A stretch of DNA of 64,000 bases from positions 68,375 to 132,374 of the forward strand of contig NW_005434566.1 in assembly GCF_000315625.1 (NCBI RefSeq), in the 5' to 3' direction. Origin of the DNA: Guillardia theta CCMP2712. Its lineage: Eukaryota > Protista > Cryptophyta. The stretch's first letter is position 1; every line of letters begins with the position of its first letter. Positions 1 through 11,190 of the stretch are shown here, piece by piece. The translations under genes and the position numbers were made by a program. The notes below the pieces were generated by a model. The model searched no databases. It was not told where the DNA came from and saw only the letters and a list, made by a program, of their open reading frames with translations.

Positions 1-245
1 ATAAGATGATGGAAATCGACATGATAAGATGGCGAGATGAGATGAGAAGCTGAGGAGATGACATGAGAGGCGGAGTAGCAGACAAACGAGGAAAGAAGGG
101 ATCCATTGAATGAGCGGCGTGCAAGTTTATTCCCAAACTAAACTTATACGTAGTCGGCTTGTAGTTTGTAGCACTAGATCGATGAATCTATGAGCTTGTG
201 TTCTTCGTTCTCTTTGATCTGTTTGCTTGTGTGGAACCTGCTGAG

Positions 246-1598
246 ATTGATCGAAGCGAGAAGATTCTGATGCGAAGATGTCGCAAACAGGCGGACGGAT
301 CATGTGTGGAACAGAAAGTCGCGATATCACCAGGTAGAGGCAACGGGAAAAGACATGGGCATGCAATGAACCTTAAGTCAGGGTGGCAAGAGAAGCTCGT
401 AGGATATCCAACGGTCCCACTAGGAGAGGACGGGCTGATAGAGGCGCTGGACGCTCAGGTTATCTGCATCGACGAGGACAATCTGGTCTGTTGCACTCGC
501 TCTCTCGCCCCCTGCTCCTCATGTCGTCACCTCCAGGAGCCCGACCAGGCTGAGAGTCTTCCCGTGAACGCGCATGAGCTGCCGGCTCCCATGGAGGATG
601 ACGGTGAAGAAGTTGACGCTCTGCCGCACGCGTCTGACATGTCGGGCGAAGAGGCGAGGGGCGACATGATCATCTGGAGGAGAAACGACGTGGGATGCCC
701 CTCGGACATCACAATCGATGAGTGGAAAGAATATTGCCTGGTAAGCCCCGGAGAGCTCGACCCCTCTGACCCCTCTGACCCCTCTGACCCCTCTGACCCC
801 TCTGACCCCTCTGACCCCTCTGACCCCTCTGACGCCTCTGACCCCTCTGACCCCTCTGACGCCTCTGACCCCTCTGACCCCTCTGACCCCTCTGACCCCT
901 CTGACCCCTCTGACCCCTCTGACCCCTCTGACCCCTCTGACCCCTCTGACCCCTCTGACCCCTCTGACCCCTCTGACCCCTCTGACCCCTCTGACCCCTC
1001 TGACCCCTCTGACGCCTCTGACCCCTCTGACGCCTCTGACGCCTCTGACCCCTCTGACGCGCCTGTAGAACCCGAAAGCCCCCAAGTTTCTGCAGGCGAT
1101 CGACGCGCGTCGCATGAGGAAGGTGAGAGAGTCTGCGCTCGGAGAGCTTTCAGTTGAAGTGATATGTAGGAGGACAACGAGAATGAAGATGAGGACGACG
1201 ATGACGAGGTAAACATAGATGCTTGGCGCATGTCGCTGAAGTCAGTCCAGGACGACGATGTAGATGATGACAATGACAGCGAAAATGGTAGACTGAACAC
1301 TGAACAACTGGCATCCAAGACATGTAATTTTGTTCTTCTTTCTTATTCCAGGCGAAGAAGAATCTGAAGATGGAGCAAGCGACGACGACGATGACGACGA
1401 CGACGACGACGACGAAGAAGAAGAAGAAGAAGAAGAAGAGCAAGCAATTTCTGCTGACAATGTGGAAGATGGTGATACTCATGCGATGGTTCCACTGATC
1501 GATTGCGGGTCTGATTCGGTGTCATGGTTCTAGATGAATCTTCCTCGAGCTCAAGTGCGGCAGATTCTCCAGACAAAAAGAAGCAGAAGACTTCATGA
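246..1598 (+). CDS. Multi-exon hypothetical protein with a very acidic tail and a C-terminal KKKQKTS (NLS-like); core resembles the NCLDV/prasinovirus DUF5880-type family; 5' end not determined
   Basis: Hand-spliced GT-AG exons give ...VEQKVAISP...[11 protein letters not shown]...[26 protein letters not shown]...poly-D/E...DKKKQKTS*, with stop TGA at 1596-1598. Confidence 0.55.
759..1059 (+). repeat. 9-bp tandem repeat (GACCCCTCT)n, about 33 copies, probably intronic
   Basis: Directly visible; lies between a GTAAG donor at 741 and a CTGCAG acceptor at ~1095. Confidence 0.95.
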
Positions 1599-1699
1599 CT
1601 GAAGCAAAAGCCGGCGGATCAAACCCTGCTGGCTGATATCAATTGATTCAATGAATAAGCCTAGTAAGTATCATCAATCCATTTCTGGAGCATTGTCCT

Positions 1700-2000
1700 C
1701 CCCGGCGCTCAGGCGCCGCGGAGTTCAACGGGGTCATCAAGTTCAAATGGCCGGGCGTGCTGCCTCAGCCCCTCAGTGACCCGGCCCGGCGCCCGCGGCC
1801 GCCGAATCGGTCAGAGTCTCAAGCGGCCGGGCGGCGCCCGGCGCGGCCGGGCCCGGGCCGTGGACGCGGGCGGGGCCCGGCCGATCACCGCATGGTCACG
1901 GTGACGCCGGTACCGTTAACGGCAGTCTCAGGCCGCCGGGCCCGGCACCCGGCGGCGCCGCAGGGCGGCCGGCCGCACTGGCCCGGGCCATCATGATCAT
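1700..2000. promoter_or_regulatory. GC/CCGG-rich island upstream of NDUFS6
   Basis: Very GC-rich with dense CCGG, GGCC, GTGAC and GGTACC motifs; ends ~145 bp before the ATG at 2145; the regulatory role is inferred from position only. Confidence 0.45.
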
Positions 2001-2144
2001 TGACCGTTAATTGTAACGGTAATACAGAGTTGTGCCTGTCGTTCTGAACTGTTGTTCTCTAGAAATTGAAATTTTCTAGCAATTTTTCACATAATTAGTG
2101 ACACTATGACCTCATAGACGTTTGGGTCCATACCGCCGAAGAAG

Positions 2145-3913
2145 ATGCTGAGAGTTGGCTGCGCAAGGAGCTTCGCCCATGCGAAGGTGAAGAGAAGAGA
2201 GAGAAAGAGAGAGGAAGGGAATGAGAGGAGGAGGAAGGGAGAGATGAGAGCCCTTCAAGCCTCTTGATGCCAGCTTTTCTTCTCTTTGCGTCAATTTCTA
2301 TGCGCTCCCTCATCTCGCCATGTCTTTGCTTTGAGCATTGTGATATTACAACAGCTGGACTCTTTTATCCTCATCCTTCTATCTTCTCTTTTATCCTCAC
2401 CCTTGTATCTTCTCTTTTATCCTCACCCTTGTATCTTCTCTTTTATCCTCACCCTTGTATCTTCTCTTTTATCCTCACCCTTGTATCTTCTCTTTTATCC
2501 TCACCCTTGTATCTTCTCTTTTATCCTCACCCTTGTATCTTCTCTTTTATCTTCATCCTTCTATCTTCTCTTTTATCCTCACCCTTGTATCTTCTCTTTT
2601 ATTCTCACCCTTGTATCTTCTCTTTTATCCTCACCCTTGTATCTTCTCTTTTATCCTCACCCTTCTATCTTCTCTTTTATCCTCACCCTTCTATCTTCTC
2701 TTTTATCCTCACCCTTGTATCTTCTCTTTTATCCTCATCCTTGTATCTTCTCTTTTATCCTCACCCTTGTATCTTCTCTTTTATTCTCACCCTTGTATCT
2801 TCTCTTTTATCCTCACCCTTGTATCTTCTCTTTTATCCTCACCCTTGTATCTTCTCTTTTATCCTCATCCTTCTATCTTCTTTAGACCACTTCTCCTCAG
2901 TTGATGTGATTGAAACTCCTTCACCCTAAACCTTGTCCTCCTCGTCTCCGCCTCTTTCCCCATGTCGGGCTGTTGTAATCGTTTCTCGAGCACAGGTCGC
3001 CATCCCATCAACAAGAATAGCCTGCAAGAGGTTCTCAAGCTCTACTGGCAACACAATCACCCCTAAGGTTGTCTTCTTGTCCTCGCACTCCTCTTCCCGT
3101 CTCGAACGTCTTCTCGTCTCTGCTCTTCTTTGCTTGTCCTCCTTCGCTCTGTTCCTCCTCTGTTGCTTGTCCACCTCTCACATCCCTCCCTTCCCCTCCC
3201 CTGTCCATTTCTTAGCCTCTCCTGCTTCTCCTGCTCTGCTCTACACCTCAAGTTTGTTCCTGCTTTGTCCTTTCCTCTTCCCGAACGACTAACATGCTAT
3301 TCAATACAAGGATGAGTACAGTGGCCGATCAGCCTATGAGATCGGGCAAGTCGCTTTGCTTTCGTTCTCGTCTCGTGCATGACGGGCTTCACAGCAACAA
3401 GGCCAAGGAACGTGTCCATCCTAGCGCTTCGCCTCTGCATCGCGTTCACGAGCCCGTGGGCGAGGTCTGCCAGCCTCGTCTGCTGGTCTGTCAATCTCCT
3501 GACCGTCTCTTGCAGGAGGATGCGCCATGGACTCCAAAGTCCTTCATCGGTAAAACCCCGCAGGTGAGACATCGACCCCCTCCCCGGCTGCTGCTGCTGC
3601 TGCTGCTGCTGACTTGGTTTATAGCAACTTGTGCATGAAGTTCCTCCCATCCCTGTCAACGGCGCGAGGGTCTCATGCAACGGCGGTGATGTTGCTCGCC
3701 ATCAGCACATGATGCATATTGCTTGTCTCTAGCGCCTGAAAGCCTCTCAGGCCCCAACCGTGCGATGGGACATCCGGAAGTTTACCTCAACTTGGACGGA
3801 GAAAAGCCGAAGCCCTGCCCTTACTGTGAGCTCCTCCTGCTACTTAGCAGGGCAACTGACGGCTGCTGGCAGGTGGTTTGAGATATTTCAACGCCAAGAA
3901 GAGTCACCATTGA
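2145..3913 (+). CDS. NDUFS6: Mitochondrial complex I 13-kDa zinc-finger subunit (zf-CHCC), 8 exons
   Basis: Spliced product MLRVGCARSFAHAK|VAIPSTRIACKRFSS (presequence-like)...QLVHEVPPIPVNGARVSCNG|APESLSGPNRAMGHPEVYLNLDGEKPKPCPY|CGLRYFNAKKSHH*; carries the C...GHP.VY.NLD...CPYCG signature. Confidence 0.93.
2360..2880 (+). repeat. 26-bp minisatellite (TCTTCTCTTTTATCCTCACCCTTGTA), about 20 copies, in NDUFS6 intron 1
   Basis: Directly visible. Confidence 0.95.
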
Positions 3914-4180
3914 CGTCGCTCATCGAAGACGAGGCAGCCTCGTGTTCTTCGCTGACCTTGTTGTGTATCTTGTGGAAGAAACGACTAGACTACGACCTCC
4001 TCCTGTCCTCCCTCAGTGTAATCAAACGTGCTGCCGTCGTCTACAGTGAAGACCTCGAGTTGTCTCATGTGGTATATCGCAATGGGAGGCGGAGGGGAAG
4101 CGTGGCGAGCAAGAGGACGTAGTGAGTCATGTGTGCAACAAAGCAGATATCATGGACAGCAACAGACAATGCAGAGACCC

Positions 4181-5266
4181 CTAGCTCGCGATCTCCCGGG
4201 TTCGCACGTTGCTTACAAACTCGGCAAGAGCTTGAGCAGTGATGCTCGGCTGCTCGAGGTGAGGGACATGGCCGCACTTGTCGACCCACTGCAGGCTGGA
4301 GGAAGGGATGTCGGCGATGAACCTCTCGGCGTACTTGCTAGGCTCGAGGATCTTGTCGTCCCTTCCCCACAGCACGAGCGTCTCCTTGGTCACCTGCGAG
4401 ACCTTGTCGGAGAGGTGATAACCCCCCGAGTTCATGAAGCCGATCATCGCCTCCTCCCACCCTCCGGTCAGGCAGTGCAGGCGTCCGATCCTCATCGCAT
4501 CCTCTGTGCCCCATCTGTCGGGGTCGCTGTAGGCGATCTTGTTGGCGAACATGCGGAGAGGTTTGCTCTTGAGCACTTGCACTCCCAGCTGCTGCAGCAT
4601 GCGCGGCTGCCCGGTCATGGCGGCCCCGTCGATGTAGCCCTGAGCATCGACCAGGACGAGCTTGTCCACCAGGTCTGGTCGCTGCAGGGCGACGTCGATG
4701 GCGATGGAGCCCCCGAGAGACGCGCCGACGAGGGTGACAGGACGAGCGACGTGCTGCTCGATGAAGCCCACCAGGTGACTCAGTTTGGCTGCCGGGGAGA
4801 AGGAGGACACCGCCTCTCTCTCAGTGAAGCCCCAGCCCAGCACATCCACCGCCCACGACTCGACGCCCTTCTCCTCTAGCCTCGGCTGCAGCCGCCGCCA
4901 CTCGAGGCAGGAGGAGTCGAAGCCGTGCAGCAACAGGAGCGGCGATACCTCCTTGCTCGCCTCCACGTTGGTCTTGGAGTAGCTGGTGAGGACGGCACGC
5001 TCCGCGAAGGAGGGATCCATCTGCACGGGCACCCGCCGCAGGCTTCTCGCCATGTTGATGCAATCGACGTCCTCGATCTCCTCCATCTCTCGTGGCAGAA
5101 ACTCAGGGAACGAAGCGCTGCAGACAACCCGTGAGGCTCGCAGGGACGCGTGGCATGAGCTCCTCCGGATCGAAGATGCTCCTCGGATGGCAGTGCTTGA
5201 CGGCATGAAGCACTGACAGCAGGAGAAGACCTGCAAGGCAGCTAGAGGAAACAGCAAGACTTTCAT
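4181..5266 (-). CDS. Intronless alpha/beta-hydrolase, probably plastid-targeted
   Basis: LLLHGFDSS oxyanion motif, GASLGG nucleophile elbow, WGRDD acid region and CGHVPHLE histidine; N-terminal signal peptide followed by Phe (CQC-FMPSS) and an S/R-rich transit-like segment. Confidence 0.9.
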   Translation of the reverse strand: MKVLLFPLAALQVFSCCQCFMPSSTAIRGASSIRRSSCHASLRASRVVCSASFPEFLPREMEEIEDVDCINMARSLRRVPVQMDPSFAERAVLTSYSKTNVEASKEVSPLLLLHGFDSSCLEWRRLQPRLEEKGVESWAVDVLGWGFTEREAVSSFSPAAKLSHLVGFIEQHVARPVTLVGASLGGSIAIDVALQRPDLVDKLVLVDAQGYIDGAAMTGQPRMLQQLGVQVLKSKPLRMFANKIAYSDPDRWGTEDAMRIGRLHCLTGGWEEAMIGFMNSGGYHLSDKVSQVTKETLVLWGRDDKILEPSKYAERFIADIPSSSLQWVDKCGHVPHLEQPSITAQALAEFVSNVRTREIAS

Positions 5267-5365
5267 GTCCTGCAATCAACTCAATGGAATATCACAACGT
5301 GCCCTCTTTCTCACAACACTCTCATGACATTTATCACAACCATGTTACAACTATCATCGTCCTAC

Positions 5366-5447
<82 letters not shown>

Positions 5448-5631
5448 TTGCTCCTGCTCTTGCTCCTGCTTCCTGCTCCTGCTCCTGCCTTGTTCTGATG
5501 TTTGCTGCTCGTCTCCTCCCTCCCCCTTCCCTCTCCTCCCCACCTCTGCTTCAGGCCTCACTCTGAGACTCGAAGACTCGAGGCCTTATTTTAAGGCGGG
5601 GCATGTAGGGGATGCGGTCAAATCCGATCGC

Positions 5632-7292
5632 TATGGAGGATGAGGCGCAAAGAAATTGGAGGCGAAGGCGAAGCCGCGANNNNNNNNNNNNNNNNNNNNN
5701 NNNNNNNNNNNNNNNNNNNNNNNNNNNNNNNNNNNNNNNNNNNNNNNNNNNNNNNNNNNNNNNNNNNNNNNNNNNNNNNGGGGGGGGGGGGGGGCGGGGA
5801 GCATCGCAAGAATCATGAGGGCTATCAAGCATGAAGCTGAGTGACGTGGTCCTCCTCGACGTAGAGAGTACTCTTCCAGCTGGTTCGTCCTAGAGGGAGG
5901 GAGAGGGAGGGAGAGGGAGGGGGAGGAGGATCGTTGACTTCGTATTACAGTGGGGCAAGAGGCTCTGCGTGCTTCAAGGTTGAAAGTCTTTGTCGCTTGT
6001 ATCACTTCTCCTCACTCTCCCTCAGATTCTCTCAATCCTCAAGTTCGTCGCGGTTGTTTGATCGTCTTTGCTGCCGATCATGGATGCGCCCTACCGATCG
6101 AACAGGTGGAGGGGGGGGGAGAGAGAGGGGAGGAAGGAGGGAGGGGTGAGGGGGTGAGGGATGGAAAGTCAGGGAGGGTCAGGGAGGGTAAGGGAGACGA
6201 GCCCTCGTGCTGACTGCCAGCAGGGAGGAGAGGCTTGCTCTGCCTTCCCGTCTGTGGTGACCCCCTCCATCGCCAAGGTCAGACCACCTCCTGCTCCCCA
6301 TGCGCCTCCTCCTGCTCCTCACTGAGAGTGATAGGCTCTCGCTCATGGAAGCGCCGCCGGATCAGTGTTGGCTCGAACCGTAAGATAAAGGAGGAGATGG
6401 TCCCAGAAGGAGGGCAGGCGGGTGGGGAAGTGTTGTGGTTTGCCAAGAGGAGGAGTTCCCGTCTGACTCTCCGGGCTCAAGACAGGGATGGAGGTTCAGG
6501 TCGTTGACGTTGGGATCGCGTGCGGTGAGGGAGATATTTGATTCTCCTGCCCCCTGTGACATCCGTCAGATCTCGACACACCTGGACTGATCCGAGACAA
6601 GTCGATGAGGTAGCCAGTTTCCTCCTCCTCGTCCTCCTCGTCCTCCTCGTCCTCCTCGTCCTCCTCGTCCTCCTCGTCCTCCTCGTCCTCGTCCTTCTCC
6701 TCCTTCCTTCTCCCACCCCCTCTCCTTCTCCTGCTGTTTCACCAGCAATCCCCTGCATCGTCCCTCCTCGGCTCCTCAGCTGCGGACAGGGGCACAAGCA
6801 ACTTCACCGCTGGTCCCGCCATGAGCATGGAGCAGATGGACTTCGCGCTTCAAGCTGGGATGCGAGCTGTCGACCGAGCTGGAGACGTGCAGGCCATCGC
6901 AGGTGCAGCTTGAGTAAAACTGACAGTCAGCCTGCTTACACTGCTCTTCCCCTCCTCTCTTCCATCCTCCTTCTCTACCCATCAGTTGGTGAGCTCGGCA
7001 TCGGCAACACAACCACAGCAGCTGCGATTGTCTCGGCATTCTCTGGATCAGACCCACAGAAGACGTGCGGAAAAGGGACGGGGCTAGACGCAGGTGTGAT
7101 GACGATACTGTCAAAGGTGGCGGTGGTGATGATGATGATGAGTGGAATTTTGGTTCGGGTAGTGATGTAGACAACGGCGTTATGAGAGTTTCTCAGACGG
7201 AGTAGCGAGGAAGGTCACGATCGTAAGGAGAGCACTGGAAGCGAATCAGGTATGAACCTTGTCGCACGTTGATCTTCCTCATTCTCCGCACC

Positions 7293-7385
<93 letters not shown>

Positions 7386-8585
7386 ATTTTCTGCTTTTCG
7401 CCAGGTAGCTCTGGATGCATATAAGAAAATTCTCGCGCAAGCAGGACAAGACCCGCAAGAGGTGCACCAGTTCTCCTCTTATCCTCTTTCTCCTATCCTC
7501 TTTCTCCTATCCTCTTTCTCCTATCCTCTTTCTCCTATCCTCTTTCTCCTATCCTCTTTCTCCTATCCTCTTTCTCTCCCCCCCCTACGTCTCTTCTCAT
7601 CCTCCTCCAGCTCAAGCGTCAGGCTCTTCACGTCCTCGCTGCTCTCGGAGGTCTCGAGCTCGCTGCAATTGTGGGAGCAATTTTCAGGTGACCAGCCTCC
7701 TCCCCGCCCCTTTTCGACCCTCCCAGGGCTCAAGGAGGCGCAGGGCGCGCGAGAAGAAGATTGCGGTGCTCGTCGACGGCTTTATCTCCTCGGCTGCTGC
7801 CCTTGCGGCCGTGCATGCGGACCCTGACGTGTCGGAGGTACTCGATGCTGCTACTGATGCTGCTCCACCCCTCGTTTACCCTCCTGCTACTGATGCTGCT
7901 CCACCCCTCGTTTACCCTCCTGCTACTGATGCTGCTCCACCCCTCGTTTACCCTCCTGCTGCTGATGCTGCTCCACCCCTCGTTTACCCTCCTGCTGCTG
8001 ATGCTGCTCCACCCCTCCTATACCCTCCTGCTACTGATGCTGCTCCACCCCTCGTTTACTCTTCTGCTACTGATGCTGCTCCACCCCTCGTTTACCCTCC
8101 TGCTACTGATGCTGCTCCACCCCTCCTTACCTCTTCTGCTTCAGGCGATTTTCCTCGCGACTCGCTCAGCCGAGGTCGGACATGAAAGTGAGACACTCCC
8201 GTTCCTGCTCCTCCTACTCATCGCCCTCGTGCTCGTCTTCCTCTCACTCATGGCTGCTCTAGTTGCTATTGAGGCTCTCCGAGCTCGCAGCACACACACT
8301 CCTCCCCCGCCAGTCCTCGACATGCAGGTGATGATTTCCTCCTTCTGTCATCTCCTCGTCCTGTGATCTGCTCGTCCTCTCATCCACCTCCTCCTCTCGT
8401 CCGCCTTCCCTCCTTCACTTGTTCGTGCAGCTTGCTTTGGGTGAAGGCACAGGAGCCGTGCTCGCCTATCCGATCCTGCGAGGTGAGGAGAGGAGGGCGA
8501 GCGGGCAAAGAGACTGAGAGGCCATCCAGGAGCAGCAGACATTGTGCGAGAAATGATCTCGTTGGAGGACGCGATGAAGTTGTAG
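5632..8585 (+). CDS. cobT: Nicotinate-nucleotide:dimethylbenzimidazole phosphoribosyltransferase, many exons, N gap near the 5' end
   Basis: Exon motifs in canonical order: VFAADHG, VVDVGI, RGTSNFTAGPAMS, GELGIGNTT, GKGTGLD, LGGLELAAIVG, VLVDGFIS, SAEVGH, LGEGTGA; stop TAG at 8583-8585. Confidence 0.93.
7845..8128 (+). repeat. 36-bp minisatellite, about 8 copies, inside a cobT intron
   Basis: (CTGCTACTGATGCTGCTCCACCCCTCGTTTACCCTC)n between the GT at ~7838 and the AG at ~8144. Confidence 0.93.
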
Positions 8586-8770
8586 GAGGAGAAACAAGTC
8601 ACATGCATTCTTATGAAGTTGTAGGAGGAGAAACAAGTCACATGCATTCTTATGAAGTTGTAGGAGGAGAAACAAGTCACATGCATTCTTATGAAGTTGT
8701 AGGAGGAGAAACAAGTCACATGCATTCTTATGAAGTTGTAGGAGGAGAAACAAGTCACATGCATTCTTAT
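8575..8770 (+). repeat. 39-bp tandem repeat x5 overlapping the cobT stop codon
   Basis: (TGAAGTTGTAGGAGGAGAAACAAGTCACATGCATTCTTA)5. Confidence 0.95.
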
Positions 8771-8785
8771 GCCGCTGTTAAAGGA

Positions 8786-9592
8786 CTACAACAACTGGTT
8801 TACCGGACGAGCCTGATTGCTTGACGTGAGAGGCGAAGGCTAATTGAGACACAAAGTACAAGGAGAGGAGGAAAAGAGGAGGACAAGGAGGACACAAGGG
8901 ACTGGGACAGCTCACCACACGCCCTGGCTGCGGTTCAAAACTGCATCGCTCTCGGGGTCATAAGTCTTGTAGCCTCCAGCGGTCTGAATCGGCTGTTGCA
9001 TCGGCCAGCTGCCTTCAAATCACCAACCAGAAGCTTCCTCCTCCTCCTCCTCCTCCTTGCATCCCGTTGCCTTTCCCCATTCCACTTGATCCTCCCCATG
9101 ATCCTCCTTGCAGTCTCTCCTCTCCTCTCCTCCCTTACCCATCCCTCTGGCCAGATCCCATAGCGACGCAGTTGCTCCCAAGCTCAGACTGGCAGATAGG
9201 GTTCTCCGTGTAGTTCTTCACCGGCGCCTGCCTGCAATTCAACAAACCACAACCTTGCTCCTCCACGCCTTCACTACTTGTTTTTCCCTCCCTTGCCTCC
9301 TTCCCTCCCTCCCTCCCTCCCTCCCTCCCTCTCTCATTTTCACCCCCATCATCCTCCTACCATCGGTGAATAGTAGAAGAGAGCAAGGGGGCGGACGAAT
9401 TGCTGCAATCGTAAGGATCAGCGCATGAAGCAGAACGAATGAGAGCAAGGGGAAGACAATGGCATGACATGTTCTCAAACATCTGGCATGACATGTTCTC
9501 AAACATCTGGCATGACATGTTCTCGAACATCTGGCATGACATGTTTGGCTTTTCTCCTCATCGCCTCTTCTTCCTCCATGTCGCCTCACCAT
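8786..9592 (-). CDS. Possible small multi-exon hypothetical gene divergent from cpeA
   Basis: Splice-flanked segments read APVKNYTENPICQSELGSNCVAMGSGQRDG, WPMQQPIQTAGGYKTYDPESDAVLNRSQGV and NQARPVNQLL*; the frame of the first exon is ambiguous. Confidence 0.35.
9460..9545 (+). repeat. 24-bp tandem repeat, about 3.5 copies
   Basis: (TGGCATGACATGTTCTCAAACATC)n. Confidence 0.9.
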
Positions 9593-10130
9593 TCTGGGCG
9601 ACTTTTCGGGTGACGGTTACATTCGGCATAACCGAATATTACTGAGAGGCTGCCGTCAGTTTCGGTGGCCGGGCGGCCCGGAGTCCTTGAGTAACGTTTT
9701 ATAACGGAAATTATTGCTGGCATTAACCCCATACATCCCTGGACTACCCCCTCTTTTACCAACCAGTACCCCCCATTTTCACAAGTTACTACCCTCCATG
9801 CCATGTATCACCCCCACATCATCCACCACTTGACACCACTACCCCTGGCTTTGATAGTTCATTTTGAGGGTGGGGTATGCGAATCCTGGTGGGTGGAGCT
9901 GGTCATCACAGGGGTGGGTGGACCAGGGTAGAAATGGGAGCGGTCAGCAAATAAGAGAAGGGGGTGGGTAGGGTGCGTATGATGTTGGGGTACCATGTGG
10001 ATACGTATGGGGTCATACCTGACCTATATGGGGTGGAGTCATTTGGGGTAGGGTATGCAGGAACAGAATAGGGTGGGGTGGGGAACAGACCCGGGTGGGG
10101 TATTTTTGTGACACGTAAAGGGTTGGATCT
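9590..10130. promoter_or_regulatory. Composite intergenic element upstream of cpeA: CATTCTGGG start, short GC block, ACCC-rich then GGGT-rich tract
   Basis: C-run tract at 9720-9850 switches to a G-run tract at 9865-10125; ends just before the cpeA ATG. Confidence 0.4.
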
Positions 10131-10141
10131 CGTTAATCGCC

Positions 10142-11190
10142 ATGCTCAGAGCCGCCGCCACTGTCGCCTGCATTGCCAGCGCCGCCGCCTTCTCCACCCC
10201 AGCGCTGGTGAGGATGGAGGAGATGTATCGGTAGAAGAGGAAGAAGAATGAAAAGCAAGTGTTGAGCTAGAAGAGAGGAAAGTGTCGTAGAACATCGTCC
10301 GCACTGAAAAAGGGAACAATACCCAGTCAGGTAGATAGTGACGCGATGCAAAATTGAATGGAGAAGCTTGCAAATTGTTGTATCAGTGCAAAGAATCCCT
10401 TTTATCCCAAGATTATACCAGGAACTCATGGTTAGATTTCTTGTTGGCTGTGTGACTAAGATGTGGTTTGGATTCAATTTGTTCGGTCACATTGAATTCG
10501 GGTAGATTCGCATCTACTTGCGAGTGTGATATAACGTTTGTGAGTGTTTGTGTAGTTCATTTGGTCTTGTTCATTTTAGGACAGGTAGGTCTAGAAGAGT
10601 CGATCATTAGAGATGTATTGCGTGCAGCGAAGCATTTCTTTCATGCTGAATCCACGAATTGAGATTTTTTGTACTTTTGTCTGGGATAGAGTCATAGGGA
10701 CGGAGGTAGAAGGAAGAAACAAGGGGAATGCGGAGAATAACTCCGATCTCTTGCATTAACTCGTATCTCTTCAGTCTGGACTCCGCATGTCCATGGACAG
10801 GCGCGATGTGATCAAGGCTGGATCCGCCGCTGCTGCTGTCGCTCCCTTCGTTGGAGCCAAGGCTGCCGGCGCTGCCTCCAAGACCATGCCAGCTGACGGA
10901 TATGCTCCCGTGATCACCGTCTTCGATCACCGTGGCTGCACTCGTGCCCCCAAGGTTGGTCCAGATGGATCGCTGGAGATGCTCGGCTGACACGACGCAG
11001 GAATACAACGGCCCCAAGTCCAACGACATGGAGGATGGCATGTTGGTCAAGGTCGAGAGCATCAAGTGCAAGGTTACCGAGTCCTACGCTGCCTCTCTCC
11101 TCCAGGAGCAGGTGAGAATTGAGAACTGGGTAATTGCTCGAAGAATCTGATTTGCGATTTCAGCTCGGATACATCAACGACAAGGCCTAA
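10142..11190 (+). CDS. cpeA: Cryptophyte phycoerythrin alpha subunit precursor, 4 exons (10142-10207, 10775-10954, 11001-11111, 11164-11190)
   Basis: MLRAAATVACIASAAAF (signal peptide + Phe) STPAL|SGLRMSMDRRDVIKAG...AAGA (twin-arginine lumen signal) ASKTMPADGYAPVITVFDHRGCTRAPK|EYNGPKSNDMEDGMLVKVESI...|LGYINDKA*; APVIT.FD.RGC is the bilin-binding motif. Confidence 0.96.

Noticed and set aside
759-1059. (DPS)n, (SEG)n or (VRG)n repeat proteins
   Set aside because: The repeat is flanked by a strong GTAAG donor and a CAG acceptor and the spliced frame is coherent, so the ORFs are artefacts of a stop-free 9-mer
2264-2929. Hydrophobic membrane-protein ORFs in all three frames
   Set aside because: These are translations of an intronic 26-bp minisatellite in NDUFS6
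4028-4879. 283-aa plus-strand ORF
   Set aside because: Antisense shadow of the GC-rich alpha/beta-hydrolase gene
9720-10130. Telomeric repeats or an rRNA/tRNA gene
   Set aside because: The G runs are aperiodic, and no tRNA or rRNA signature was recognised anywhere in the window
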